Shown here: piece by piece, positions 49,939 through 59,085 of the stretch
How the letters are laid out: every line of letters starts with the position of its first letter
Position numbering within the stretch: position 1 is the stretch's first letter
Virus record (IMG/VR): IMGVR_UViG_3300026311_000012
Span: 35,912 to 99,911 of that record
Source of the DNA: a virus
Lineage: Duplodnaviria > Caudoviricetes
Strand: one strand, 5' to 3'
Length of the DNA stretch: 64,000 bases
Program-made: the position numbers and the translations under genes
The notes under the pieces: generated by a model
The model's input: only the letters and a program-made list of their open reading frames with translations
Told to the model about the DNA's origin: nothing
Database searches by the model: none

Positions 49939-51660
49939 TTAAGGTGTTCCAAATGCTACAACATCATTTGCAGCGGTTATTAATCCTGATGAAGTTATAC
50001 TCAATATAACAGTAGCTCCATATTTAATCACTAACTTTCCGCTCTCTTGAACAATTGTAAAGTTGCTTGTCCTAAAAGTATCAGGAGTAGAATACTCTAA
50101 GTCGGTGCCGGAACTATTTACTCTAAGTACTTGTAAGGCAGATCCCCTCCCTAGTTTAACGAACTTTGTACCATTACTCTTCAATATATCTCCAACAGCA
50201 ATACTAGTATCGGTGATGATATTGTTGGTAGCATTTATTGTTTTATTAGTTAAAGCAACTGATTCAGAAGATGTAAAGTATGTACCAGAATGATTATGAC
50301 CGATTTCACTATACAGCCCGGAATGATTTCCCCATGAATATGATGTATTCCAGTTTGATATGTTAGTTGATGTAACTCCATAGGCAGCGTGAGCTACAAA
50401 TACTGGATCACTCTCAGCAGTAATCCCACTAGGAGGAATATTCTGCCAAGTTCCATCTTCTCTCAAAAATTTAGTAACTCCGATACCAAGCATAATCCCA
50501 CCAACTGAACTAGTTGTAGCAAGTGGCATTGATTCCCATATAGTAGGGGGCAACCATCCTGAATCAGACCATGCTTGAATATCATAATCTCCTGCAAATG
50601 GATATTTACATCTTATGTATTGATTAGGAGAAGTACCTTCTAATGTAAACCAATCGGATAATAAAGGTAATACATCTGTTTTAAGAAGAGCTGAGAAAGC
50701 AAATGCTGTTCCACTAGCGGCTCTAAGAAAGTGCCCAGTAGTTAACCCAGAAACAGTATGATACGTAGCACTATCTAATTGATGAGCTACTGGTGTTCTA
50801 GCATTAGATAATCTAGAATCATTACCAACACAAGCTGTTGCAGCTGATGATCCATATGCAACAGACACAGTACCTGTTTCTATATTTAATCCTGTTCCAA
50901 CTCTTAAATGCCCGGCTACAGTCCCATCTCCATATCCATAGGTAGAGGCATTTACCGCATGTGCAATAGGTGTCTGAGCATCAGCTAGCAACCCACTTAA
51001 TCCAGTAACAGATATTTCATCAGCTCCTCCGTTTTGATGAGTTGCAGCATGCGCATCTGGAACTCCAGCTGTAGGTATATCATACCATCCACGTATTCCA
51101 GATGAATTAGTCCCATATAATTTACTATTTCCTGGAGAAGCTACATCATTAACAAGTGATACAATTGTAGCTGCTTCAGATAAAGAATGTTGAAAAGTAT
51201 ATGCAGATGTATCCAATATCCAAGTATTGACGCCTGTCTTTCTAAGAAGTCCAGATGTGCCAGCTAAGGCGGCTATCGCAGTAAGGTCTCCATCTAATGC
51301 TTGATATAAGCCACTATGATTTCCCCAACTGTACGCAGTGTTCCAATTTGATATATTGCCAGATGTTATTCCAGCTGCCACTGATGCGATAAATACGGGA
51401 TCTGTTTCAGAAGTAAGATATCCAATTACAGAATGATCTCCCCACCCGTAAGCTGTATTCCAATGTGCAGAATTATCAACAATAGATGGACCCCATTCAG
51501 TTCCAGTTGACGTAACGATTCCTCCGTCAGGATAATCCGTAAGAATTCCTCCTCCGCCAGCTATTCTTCGTATTCTATTAAGAGAGAGATTAGAGCCAGA
51601 CGGAGTAGATTGATTACCTAATACTTTCGTACTATCTTTTAACTTTCCTAAACTAATCAT
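49939..51660 (-). CDS. Tail fibre protein with WNT(A/S)Y(S/G)WG(N/D)HS repeats
   Basis: Three WNTxYxWGxHS repeats, two E(T/S)DPVF, LDGDLTAIAAL, GNDSRLSNARTP; Gly/Ser/Thr-rich. Confidence 0.75.
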   Translation of the reverse strand: MISLGKLKDSTKVLGNQSTPSGSNLSLNRIRRIAGGGGILTDYPDGGIVTSTGTEWGPSIVDNSAHWNTAYGWGDHSVIGYLTSETDPVFIASVAAGITSGNISNWNTAYSWGNHSGLYQALDGDLTAIAALAGTSGLLRKTGVNTWILDTSAYTFQHSLSEAATIVSLVNDVASPGNSKLYGTNSSGIRGWYDIPTAGVPDAHAATHQNGGADEISVTGLSGLLADAQTPIAHAVNASTYGYGDGTVAGHLRVGTGLNIETGTVSVAYGSSAATACVGNDSRLSNARTPVAHQLDSATYHTVSGLTTGHFLRAASGTAFAFSALLKTDVLPLLSDWFTLEGTSPNQYIRCKYPFAGDYDIQAWSDSGWLPPTIWESMPLATTSSVGGIMLGIGVTKFLREDGTWQNIPPSGITAESDPVFVAHAAYGVTSTNISNWNTSYSWGNHSGLYSEIGHNHSGTYFTSSESVALTNKTINATNNIITDTSIAVGDILKSNGTKFVKLGRGSALQVLRVNSSGTDLEYSTPDTFRTSNFTIVQESGKLVIKYGATVILSITSSGLITAANDVVAFGTP

Positions 51661-51910
51661 ACTCTATTTGGATAGTGCTGTTTGAATATTTGTTAAACAG
51701 CTGGATTATACTTTGTATCTGAACTTTAGATAATACATCTTTTGCTTCATCTCCTTCTTGGTTCATAAGAACTTTATATATAGCTTTAATAAGAAATAAA
51801 TTCTTTATTGAAAATATTTCTGATGAGCCTAATCTTTTTCTAACTATATAATCTTCTGTAAAATTAGAATAAGCCTCATTAATAACTAATTGGAGATCTG
51901 AGTAAGTCAT
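51653..51910 (-). CDS. Small hypothetical protein of the tail block
   Basis: Overlaps both neighbours. Confidence 0.65.
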   Translation of the reverse strand: MTYSDLQLVINEAYSNFTEDYIVRKRLGSSEIFSIKNLFLIKAIYKVLMNQEGDEAKDVLSKVQIQSIIQLFNKYSNSTIQIEYD

Positions 51911-52452
51911 TCTGATATATTGTTAAATGCATCAAATATAAAATAGATGGCACTTGTATTACCTAATATTGCATTTGCTTCAATAGCAGTAACGAGAAAA
52001 TCAAGCCAATTGGCATATTCCATTTGCTTATTAGTAAGGTTTGTATCATATGAAGCAAGTTCTGCAATAAACAAATCTCTAAGAGACATCGCATCATAAT
52101 ATAATACTTCGTTACTTGTAAAGCTATCTACTAATGCAGCACCATTATACAAATCCATTTTAATAGTATATATGCTATTTGGAATAGTATCATCATAACC
52201 TACCCCAAATATTTGTGCACCTGTTAATTCATATTGAAATCCTTCTTCAAAAGCCACTGTTGCAATAGGTACTATAACTGTCGCAGTATATAAAGGATCA
52301 TCTCCTATGACTACTTCTGAATACATCGAAGAAATTGTAAATGTTACACTATCTACTGCAGGAACACTTGCCCAATCTGTACAAGCATCCACTATTAAAA
52401 GCGATTTGCCTTTATCGTAGTCTTCTGTTGTAAAAGCTAATTCAAATGCCAT
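51907..52452 (-). CDS. Hypothetical structural protein of the tail block
   Basis: Acidic beta/alpha 181-aa ORF, tight packing. Confidence 0.65.
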   Translation of the reverse strand: MAFELAFTTEDYDKGKSLLIVDACTDWASVPAVDSVTFTISSMYSEVVIGDDPLYTATVIVPIATVAFEEGFQYELTGAQIFGVGYDDTIPNSIYTIKMDLYNGAALVDSFTSNEVLYYDAMSLRDLFIAELASYDTNLTNKQMEYANWLDFLVTAIEANAILGNTSAIYFIFDAFNNISE

Positions 52453-52453
52453 T

Positions 52454-52759
52454 TTATCCTTTTATGAAATTTATAATAAATAATATAACACCAATTATAA
52501 AAGATACTCCAAAACTAATTCCACCAGCTGTCCAATATATCCTATCTATTCTATTATTTATTTTATTACTATCTTCTTCTTGTTTTGATTTTAAACTTTT
52601 TAATTTTAGTTCATTCTCGCATTGTCTTTTTATAAGTCCTGACTCATTATATTGATTTCCAAGCAATGCTGTTTTAATATCGCTGACATCCTTTTGAAGT
52701 TGCTTTAGTATATCATCTGGAACATCACACATTTCATTGATCTCCTTTCTCTCTTCCAT
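52454..52759 (-). CDS. Coiled-coil protein with C-terminal TM (holin-like candidate)
   Basis: IKTALLGN...GL, coiled coil, then WTAGGISFGVSFIIGVILFII. Confidence 0.6.
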   Translation of the reverse strand: MEERKEINEMCDVPDDILKQLQKDVSDIKTALLGNQYNESGLIKRQCENELKLKSLKSKQEEDSNKINNRIDRIYWTAGGISFGVSFIIGVILFIINFIKG

Positions 52760-52760
52760 A

Positions 52761-53357
52761 TCAAAGTTTTATTTTTTTTATATATATTAGTTTGCTTTCA
52801 CATAATTCTTTTAAATCCATAGGGTCATCGTCCCACGGACTTAATGAAAAATCTGGTCTTACTTGGGATATAGCAGTGCTGACAAATTCACTACAAAAAT
52901 AACGTTTTTGAGCTCCAAGCCCTCTATGACCAAGCCATTTTTCTCTTCCTTTAAAAATAATATACAATATTCTATATATTTGATTTATAAAATTACTAAA
53001 TTCATATTTCTTACCAGCTTGCTCTAAAGACCATGCTCTAAGTAATCCAATAAGTGAAGAATTTAATGGAATAGAATATATATAAATAATGCGTTTCTTT
53101 CCATCACCATACATCCCCCTAATAGTTTTAGGAAATACCCCTCTTCTTTCTGCCCCAATTACTAAATCATTACCTACATATATATCAGCATGATTACATA
53201 TTTCTTTAGTAGTCTTACCTAAAGCTATTTGTTTTAATCTCATAAAAAATCTAATAGCCTTGGCTAAAAAACTATAAGATCTAACCATAAATACATATGA
53301 TTTATTATCGTTAGGAAAAGCGGCCAAAACCTCATCAAATTTCTTATGTCGTTTCAT
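52761..53357 (-). CDS. Permuted papain-like NlpC/P60 (YiiX/YebB-like) enzyme
   Basis: NHADIY (His first), GKKYEF, FCSEFV (Cys last), terminal P.DL. Confidence 0.8.
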   Translation of the reverse strand: MKRHKKFDEVLAAFPNDNKSYVFMVRSYSFLAKAIRFFMRLKQIALGKTTKEICNHADIYVGNDLVIGAERRGVFPKTIRGMYGDGKKRIIYIYSIPLNSSLIGLLRAWSLEQAGKKYEFSNFINQIYRILYIIFKGREKWLGHRGLGAQKRYFCSEFVSTAISQVRPDFSLSPWDDDPMDLKELCESKLIYIKKIKL

Positions 53358-53380
53358 CGTTTCATTTATTTGCTACTACA

Positions 53381-54700
53381 CTAAAAAGGTTCAAGGGTTG
53401 TGCCTGCCTGAACTGAATGTATCCCATCAGTCAATCTCCCGTATATATGTGCAGTTGCGGGGATAAGATTAACAACACCATCGGTATCATCTCCCGATGT
53501 TTTACATTCAAATAGATATACCTTAGAAGTATCGCCTACACCAGCTCCTGTTCCAAAGGCCCCCTTGTGAGGAGCGTCCCCCGAAATGCTGTCATGGGCA
53601 TAGCAAGCAATATTCAGCGAAACCGCTTGCCCCACGTCGTGTACCTGTATTCCTTCCGTCCCATAATATTCTCCGTTTATTCTTAATATTATAGCCCCGT
53701 CGTGCGTTGTAGACCCATTATTTATATGGTTGTCTAATCCATAATTGTCTGTGCCACCACAATCCCTGCCCACACAGTTTATTTCTACTATTGAGGGACT
53801 ATATCCCCCCGCATCCTTGTAAGTAAAAGCGTCATCCCTCGCCCTTGCCGCTATACAATTTTCTAACCAAACATAATTATTGCCGCTAAAATTTATTAGA
53901 TTTGTTGTGGGTTTGTAAATAAACTTGCATCCCTTTGCCGTAAAGTGCCCTAATGTTGCAGTGTCGTTAGACACCCCTCCCGGACATATTACTGTTATGT
54001 TTTCCATATAATTATATTTCCCCTTATCAGGAGCAAATGATGCTATCGCTACCAACACGTCGTCTCTTTCGGGAGTTAAGTCATCAAACATTCTTACATA
54101 CAGAACGTCCCCAACACTATCATAATAACAAGTTCCGGCAGTAGCCTCAACTGCCGCCCGATTTGCCACAATGCTTAATGCAGTCGGATCGTTTGCGGCA
54201 TCTATTAAATTAGTGTCAACCATTACCTGAAATGCGCTTAATGACGCAGAGAACACACCACCACCCTCATCACTCCAACTTAATTCACTACCCAAATAAC
54301 CCCTGCAAACAAAGGATTCTCCATCAGAAATTATTTCCCTGTCCCCAAATATTATAGCTGAGGCAGTGCCAGCATAACACCCTGCCGATATGTATGCTCT
54401 ATCATAACTAACTGAATTTAATTTATTAAATGTCTTGTATGCCGTTTCAGCCGTATTCCCATTATTGGTGTCAAGTCCGCTTGTGGCATTGACATACTTA
54501 ACGGTAGGAGATGGTAATGTTTTTCTAAAGTCATCGATTGTATGACTTGTAATTGTCCAAACTCCCCCAACTTTATCAATGGTTAATCCCGGCAACATTG
54601 GATGTGTATATCCAATATCTGAAAGTAGTGTCGCCCAGTATGAACTCCAATTTATACCACTAGACATTCCAGCATTCCACTGTTTTAATAATATGCTCAT
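53381..54700 (-). CDS. Parallel beta-helix (pectin lyase-like) protein, putative spike/depolymerase
   Basis: YVNATSGLDTNNG....AYKT, DDAFTY, NNGSTTH; no signal peptide. Confidence 0.7.
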   Translation of the reverse strand: MSILLKQWNAGMSSGINWSSYWATLLSDIGYTHPMLPGLTIDKVGGVWTITSHTIDDFRKTLPSPTVKYVNATSGLDTNNGNTAETAYKTFNKLNSVSYDRAYISAGCYAGTASAIIFGDREIISDGESFVCRGYLGSELSWSDEGGGVFSASLSAFQVMVDTNLIDAANDPTALSIVANRAAVEATAGTCYYDSVGDVLYVRMFDDLTPERDDVLVAIASFAPDKGKYNYMENITVICPGGVSNDTATLGHFTAKGCKFIYKPTTNLINFSGNNYVWLENCIAARARDDAFTYKDAGGYSPSIVEINCVGRDCGGTDNYGLDNHINNGSTTHDGAIILRINGEYYGTEGIQVHDVGQAVSLNIACYAHDSISGDAPHKGAFGTGAGVGDTSKVYLFECKTSGDDTDGVVNLIPATAHIYGRLTDGIHSVQAGTTLEPF

Positions 54701-55104
54701 ACTGCAGGTTGTGTTATATTATACCAATAATTTACACCATCGTAAAGAAATGTAATAAGATTTATTGTTCCTAATGTATTAACATAATCCCCACTAAATG
54801 TATTTTTTGAAAAAGTAGATGCAAAAGTAGGAGTATTTGTTCCATTACCAGTCAATACATATATAGCTCCGCCACCAACAAGAGGTGCATATGTATTTGG
54901 AGATAATTCATCATCTGCTGTAGGAGTATGATGTACAACAGAACAAGCTGATCCAAAAGGAACAGATGTTGAATAAGGAACTATCCCAGGATATAAATCT
55001 TCTACATCACTTTGAAGATTATTATATTCTTTTGATTCAACAACCTTGTTATTAACAGCATTAGGATAAGCTGTATTTGTTGATTTTATTTGTTTACTTT
55101 TCAT
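54697..55104 (-). CDS. Small fibre-associated protein
   Basis: N-terminal EYNNLQSDVEDLY helix; C-terminal NLITFLYDGVNYW. Confidence 0.6.
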   Translation of the reverse strand: MKSKQIKSTNTAYPNAVNNKVVESKEYNNLQSDVEDLYPGIVPYSTSVPFGSACSVVHHTPTADDELSPNTYAPLVGGGAIYVLTGNGTNTPTFASTFSKNTFSGDYVNTLGTINLITFLYDGVNYWYNITQPAV

Positions 55105-55112
55105 TTTAATTA

Positions 55113-57107
55113 TTAATTATTGTATCCTGCTAATTTGCCATTATATTTACCGAACTTCGTACCCACTTTGCCAAAGACTGAGACTGCTGCGGGAGGCTCG
55201 CCTCCACTTTCCGTCACCGTACCTACACCAAGCAGAACAAGGCCGGTAAATGGTTGTAGTGAGATTTCCCCCGAATACGATGCGTTAGTAATATCAACCA
55301 TCGAGGCAGACAGTGTCCAATACTTTACAGCTTTTGTGTTATTATAGATAAAATGTATATCATTAGTTGAGCTGACACTGACGGGACTGCCGTAGGAGTG
55401 GGCATCGTCCGGTGTGACCAGCGCCTTCCATTCTGCCAGCGTATGGTATCCGGAGGCGTAGTAAAAGTGGTTATCATCGTCGATCGGCCTGGCGTAGTAG
55501 TTGTAGTCGAAAGCTCCCCAGGCTTTTATTTCGTCGGTGGTGTAAATGCCAGATCGGAGGCTTACTTGTGCTGATGCCTTTGCTATCAGCTTATTGTTAT
55601 TAAATGTTATGCCTGTCGAGACTCCGGTTCCCCATTTCAAGAATTCAGCCTGTCGCTGGTTGTCAAAGAAGAGGTTCCCGGTGATCGTGTGGTTATCTCC
55701 GTAATGGATCAGCAGACCCGCTCCCCTGCATCCGGCGACGATGTTGTTTGTTATCGAGGCCCCGCTTCCTCCGGCATCGTAGTAGATGCCTCTTGGTATG
55801 ATAAGCCAGCTCTCCGATCCAATTCCGGAGTTCAGCACTATGTTCTGGTTGATCGTTCTGGTCCCGGTACTGCTATTGCAGTAGATCCCGCCTCCGTCGT
55901 CGATCACCATGCATGGGTAATTGATGAAATTCCTGTAAATAGAAAACGACGAGATGCTGGAGCTGTTGATTCCACTCCAGGCTATGTATTCGATGTTGTT
56001 ATATTCAACCGTTGTGTTCGTACTGCCTATGTAGATCCCTGTTGCGTGTGGCATGCGGGCTGCCCCTTTTATCATTCCGATGTGGGAGATGTCGTTATGT
56101 GTGACTGTGATGTTGCTCCCTACCAGGTAAATGCCGTAGTTGCTGTGGCTTATCATATTGTAGTGAAATTCCGAATAGCTGCCACCACCATCCTCGATGG
56201 CTGATCCTCCTGCGAAGCTGATGTCGCAATTCTTGACCTGGTTGTAGCGCGTTGAACTATTATTGTGGATTGCGTGGCTGATGGACCCCGTCAGTTCCAG
56301 GTTGGTGATGTGTATGTAGTCGTGTGCGTTGTTATAAATCAGTTTATTCAGCGTGGCTATCTTCACATCCTTCCCGGCTGGGTTCCCATAAACGTAGAGC
56401 TTACCTGCGCTGGTGCTATGATACCATTCGTTGGTGGTGGTGACGCATCGCAGATCGTTCTGTATGAAATAGCGGCGGTTGTCTTCTGGCGTTCCCGAGT
56501 ATGAGCAGCTGCCCCAAGTAAGGACCCCTCCGGAGGTGTGGTCTGTTATAACGCAGCGGTCGACTATCCAGTACTGTTTATTAATGACGATATCGGCTCC
56601 GGTCCAGTCTGGGCTGTCGGGCAGTTCTGGGTCTGTTATGGTACTGGAAGTGGCGGTGGTGTATGTCAGCCATTCGGCATCCGGATAGCGACCCATGCCT
56701 ACCGGCACTCCGTCCATGATCACCATATTCGTCTGCGCCTCCGAGCTGCTCACGGTCGCTTCGTAGATGCTCCCGCTATAAAGGCTCCAGCTCGTGAGTG
56801 TTGTGAAGCCGGTGATGATAGGCTTCTCTCCTGTCCCATAGGCTCCTATGACGATTGGGTTCCCGGCGGTTCCTGGCTCGGCTACCGTGATGGTTCCGTA
56901 CCAGGTATCGCCCCTCTTGAATAGGATGCTGTCCCCTGGGGCGAATGTTCCGGCTGCCCAGAAGCTGTTGACCTTTGATATGGTTGCCCAGGCTGCCTCG
57001 TCGGAGGTCCCTGCTGCCTGGTCATCACCTCCGTTCTTAATGTAATAGTTAGTGGCTGATGCGGTCAGCGTGATTAAAATAAACGGTATGAACAATAGTC
57101 TTTTCAT
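55113..57107 (-). CDS. Right-handed beta-helix protein with Sec signal peptide
   Basis: MKRLLFIPFILITLTASA|TNYY; PGDSILFKRGDTW, DGGGIY, GIYYD; GC-rich. Confidence 0.82.
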   Translation of the reverse strand: MKRLLFIPFILITLTASATNYYIKNGGDDQAAGTSDEAAWATISKVNSFWAAGTFAPGDSILFKRGDTWYGTITVAEPGTAGNPIVIGAYGTGEKPIITGFTTLTSWSLYSGSIYEATVSSSEAQTNMVIMDGVPVGMGRYPDAEWLTYTTATSSTITDPELPDSPDWTGADIVINKQYWIVDRCVITDHTSGGVLTWGSCSYSGTPEDNRRYFIQNDLRCVTTTNEWYHSTSAGKLYVYGNPAGKDVKIATLNKLIYNNAHDYIHITNLELTGSISHAIHNNSSTRYNQVKNCDISFAGGSAIEDGGGSYSEFHYNMISHSNYGIYLVGSNITVTHNDISHIGMIKGAARMPHATGIYIGSTNTTVEYNNIEYIAWSGINSSSISSFSIYRNFINYPCMVIDDGGGIYCNSSTGTRTINQNIVLNSGIGSESWLIIPRGIYYDAGGSGASITNNIVAGCRGAGLLIHYGDNHTITGNLFFDNQRQAEFLKWGTGVSTGITFNNNKLIAKASAQVSLRSGIYTTDEIKAWGAFDYNYYARPIDDDNHFYYASGYHTLAEWKALVTPDDAHSYGSPVSVSSTNDIHFIYNNTKAVKYWTLSASMVDITNASYSGEISLQPFTGLVLLGVGTVTESGGEPPAAVSVFGKVGTKFGKYNGKLAGYNN

Positions 57108-57111
57108 GTTA

Positions 57112-58374
57112 TCAGTATAAAAGGATCATTGGGCTTGCAGTGTTTGATGAAAAGCTGGTCATCCCAAAAGAGGCGGGCAGATCCGTTTTGTCGGTTATAA
57201 AGCCTCGAAGCCTTACAGAATTTCCCATGAAGCTGCTCTGGTTCATTAATGTCATTGCCTCTCCAGCATATATTGATGGAGCCTGTGTCTGAGCGGAGCT
57301 ATTGTAAAGAAGCCCGATATAATATGCTCCTTTCGTCGCCTGATATGGTGAAGAAAACGGCTTATCTACCCATGCGTATTGCGCACCTGTCCAGGTGTCT
57401 GCGTCGTTTGGAGTGGAGGCGACAAGCGTGGCTGTCGTTCCGGATACCTTATAAAGACCAATACGGTTATTGGCATCAGCCGTATAACTTGCATTTTGGG
57501 CGTTGCTGAATCTCACGCCTGTTAAGGTCGTATCTCTTGGCAGATAAATCGCTACCACGAACATGTCGCTATCCTGGAGTACTAGAGAGGTTGAAGCATC
57601 CATGTCGCAAAAAATGGGGGCAGCGATTATCTTTCCTCCGAAGGCTCGGAGGGCTTTAGCAATGTCAGCTCCCCATCCTGCCATGTTCGTTATAAGTTGC
57701 TCTGCGGAATACCTGGGGAGATAATTGCCTGGTGCATATCCTGTGCTATCCTTTACTGCAATTACTTCTTCAGCTCCTGCAAGATATACGTCCATAGTAT
57801 CATGAATATCTTGTGGTGTAGCATATCCTGCACTTGAATGGTCTCCCCAGTTATATGCTGTATTCCAATTTGTTGAATTATTAGTAATAGTTGTACCCCA
57901 TGATGTGCCATTTACAACTAAAGGTATTCCAGAACCAGTAGGATATACCATTGATCCACCACTAACTTCAGATAATAATGCATAATTTGTTAACATTGAA
58001 GCAGTGTCTGACTTTAATAAATAGCTAGACAATGATAAAGCTGAAGATAAAGTACCACCATTTATTGTCGGAAGATTTGTTATCTCTAGATCAGTAAACC
58101 ATCCTTTTGTTAATCTTGATGAAGTAGTACCAATAGAACCTGTGCCAAGTAAACTATTTGAACCTAACGAAAAATTACCACCAGACAGTGTAAGTAAATT
58201 GCTACTTTGTTGAAGTATTATATCATTATTATAAAAATTTATGGATGCACTAGTACCATTAAGATATAATACAGGGGCTATTTTTTCAATTGTTATATTA
58301 GTTTTTGATACTTGTTGAGCACATGCTGCAAAAGTAAATACTAATAAAGTTATAATAAATATTATCTTTTTCAT
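57112..58374 (-). CDS. Fibre-like mosaic protein with Sec signal peptide (start moved to MKKIIF)
   Basis: MKKIIFIITLLVFTFAACA|QQ; DTASMLTNYALLSEV and NWNTAYNWGDHS modules. Confidence 0.78.
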   Translation of the reverse strand: MKKIIFIITLLVFTFAACAQQVSKTNITIEKIAPVLYLNGTSASINFYNNDIILQQSSNLLTLSGGNFSLGSNSLLGTGSIGTTSSRLTKGWFTDLEITNLPTINGGTLSSALSLSSYLLKSDTASMLTNYALLSEVSGGSMVYPTGSGIPLVVNGTSWGTTITNNSTNWNTAYNWGDHSSAGYATPQDIHDTMDVYLAGAEEVIAVKDSTGYAPGNYLPRYSAEQLITNMAGWGADIAKALRAFGGKIIAAPIFCDMDASTSLVLQDSDMFVVAIYLPRDTTLTGVRFSNAQNASYTADANNRIGLYKVSGTTATLVASTPNDADTWTGAQYAWVDKPFSSPYQATKGAYYIGLLYNSSAQTQAPSIYAGEAMTLMNQSSFMGNSVRLRGFITDKTDLPASFGMTSFSSNTASPMILLY

Positions 58375-58375
58375 A

Positions 58376-58645
58376 TTATAATGTAAATTTATGTATATTA
58401 CTCCAGTCTGTATCTTCAACAGAACCTACTCCAAAACCTAAGGCTGTTATAGTTTTATCAATACACAGTGCCCCAGATCTCACTCCTATACGAAATGTTC
58501 TATTTTCAAAATAAAAATATTCTGGTTCAACTGCTACACTATATAATTCGTCAAAATTATCATTTGTTTTATCAAATGCATTACGCAAAGTATCACCAGT
58601 ACCATCATTTGCTATAGTTCCAATTCCAATAACTTGCTTACTCAT
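58376..58645 (-). CDS. Small structural protein with ANDGTGDxLR motif
   Basis: IGTIANDGTGDTLRNAFDKTNDNFDELY resembles N-termini of phage baseplate/fibre proteins; first gene after promoter 2. Confidence 0.75.
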   Translation of the reverse strand: MSKQVIGIGTIANDGTGDTLRNAFDKTNDNFDELYSVAVEPEYFYFENRTFRIGVRSGALCIDKTITALGFGVGSVEDTDWSNIHKFTL

Positions 58646-58663
58646 ATTTCTAAATTATTCTTA

Positions 58664-58734
58664 CAAAGTTACATAAAACTTTATAATCCAACAAATATTT
58701 ATATACATATTAGACCAATGTATAAACTTTACTT
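58664..58734 (-). promoter_or_regulatory. Late promoter 2: Bacteroidota -33/-7 plus the same 17-bp box
   Basis: Minus strand AAGTAAAGTTTATACAT-N16-TAAATATTTG-N20-TAACTTTG. Confidence 0.85.
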
Positions 58735-58750
58735 AAACGTAGTCTAAAAT

Positions 58751-59074
58751 TTAATTATAGAAGTCTTTCTTCCTCAAAATCCATTCAACAATAATACTTT
58801 CAATAAGTAATATTAACATTGGCCCACTTATAGCTCCAACTATCCCCCAAAAAGCATCATAGAACTGAGGTTCTCCAAACCCCATCCATTTATCAAACAC
58901 TATTTCTTTTGAAAGAGCCACTATAATAGCAATACCTGTAGCAATTCCTGCATCCCAATTATACATTTTAGATGCAACCCACCTAAACGGATTAAATTTA
59001 ATTCTAAATGATAATAATACAGAAAAAGATATTATTAAACATATCAAAAAATGCAAAAATTCGTCTTCTCTCAT
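58751..59074 (-). CDS. Small multi-pass membrane protein
   Basis: Three hydrophobic segments; H...KE..D....D pattern. Confidence 0.7.
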   Translation of the reverse strand: MREDEFLHFLICLIISFSVLLSFRIKFNPFRWVASKMYNWDAGIATGIAIIVALSKEIVFDKWMGFGEPQFYDAFWGIVGAISGPMLILLIESIIVEWILRKKDFYN

Positions 59075-59085
59075 AACTTTATATT

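Noticed and set aside
55689-57509. Several + strand ORFs in the GC-rich tract
   Set aside because: Antisense shadows of well-supported - strand genes; expected where high GC reduces stop codons.
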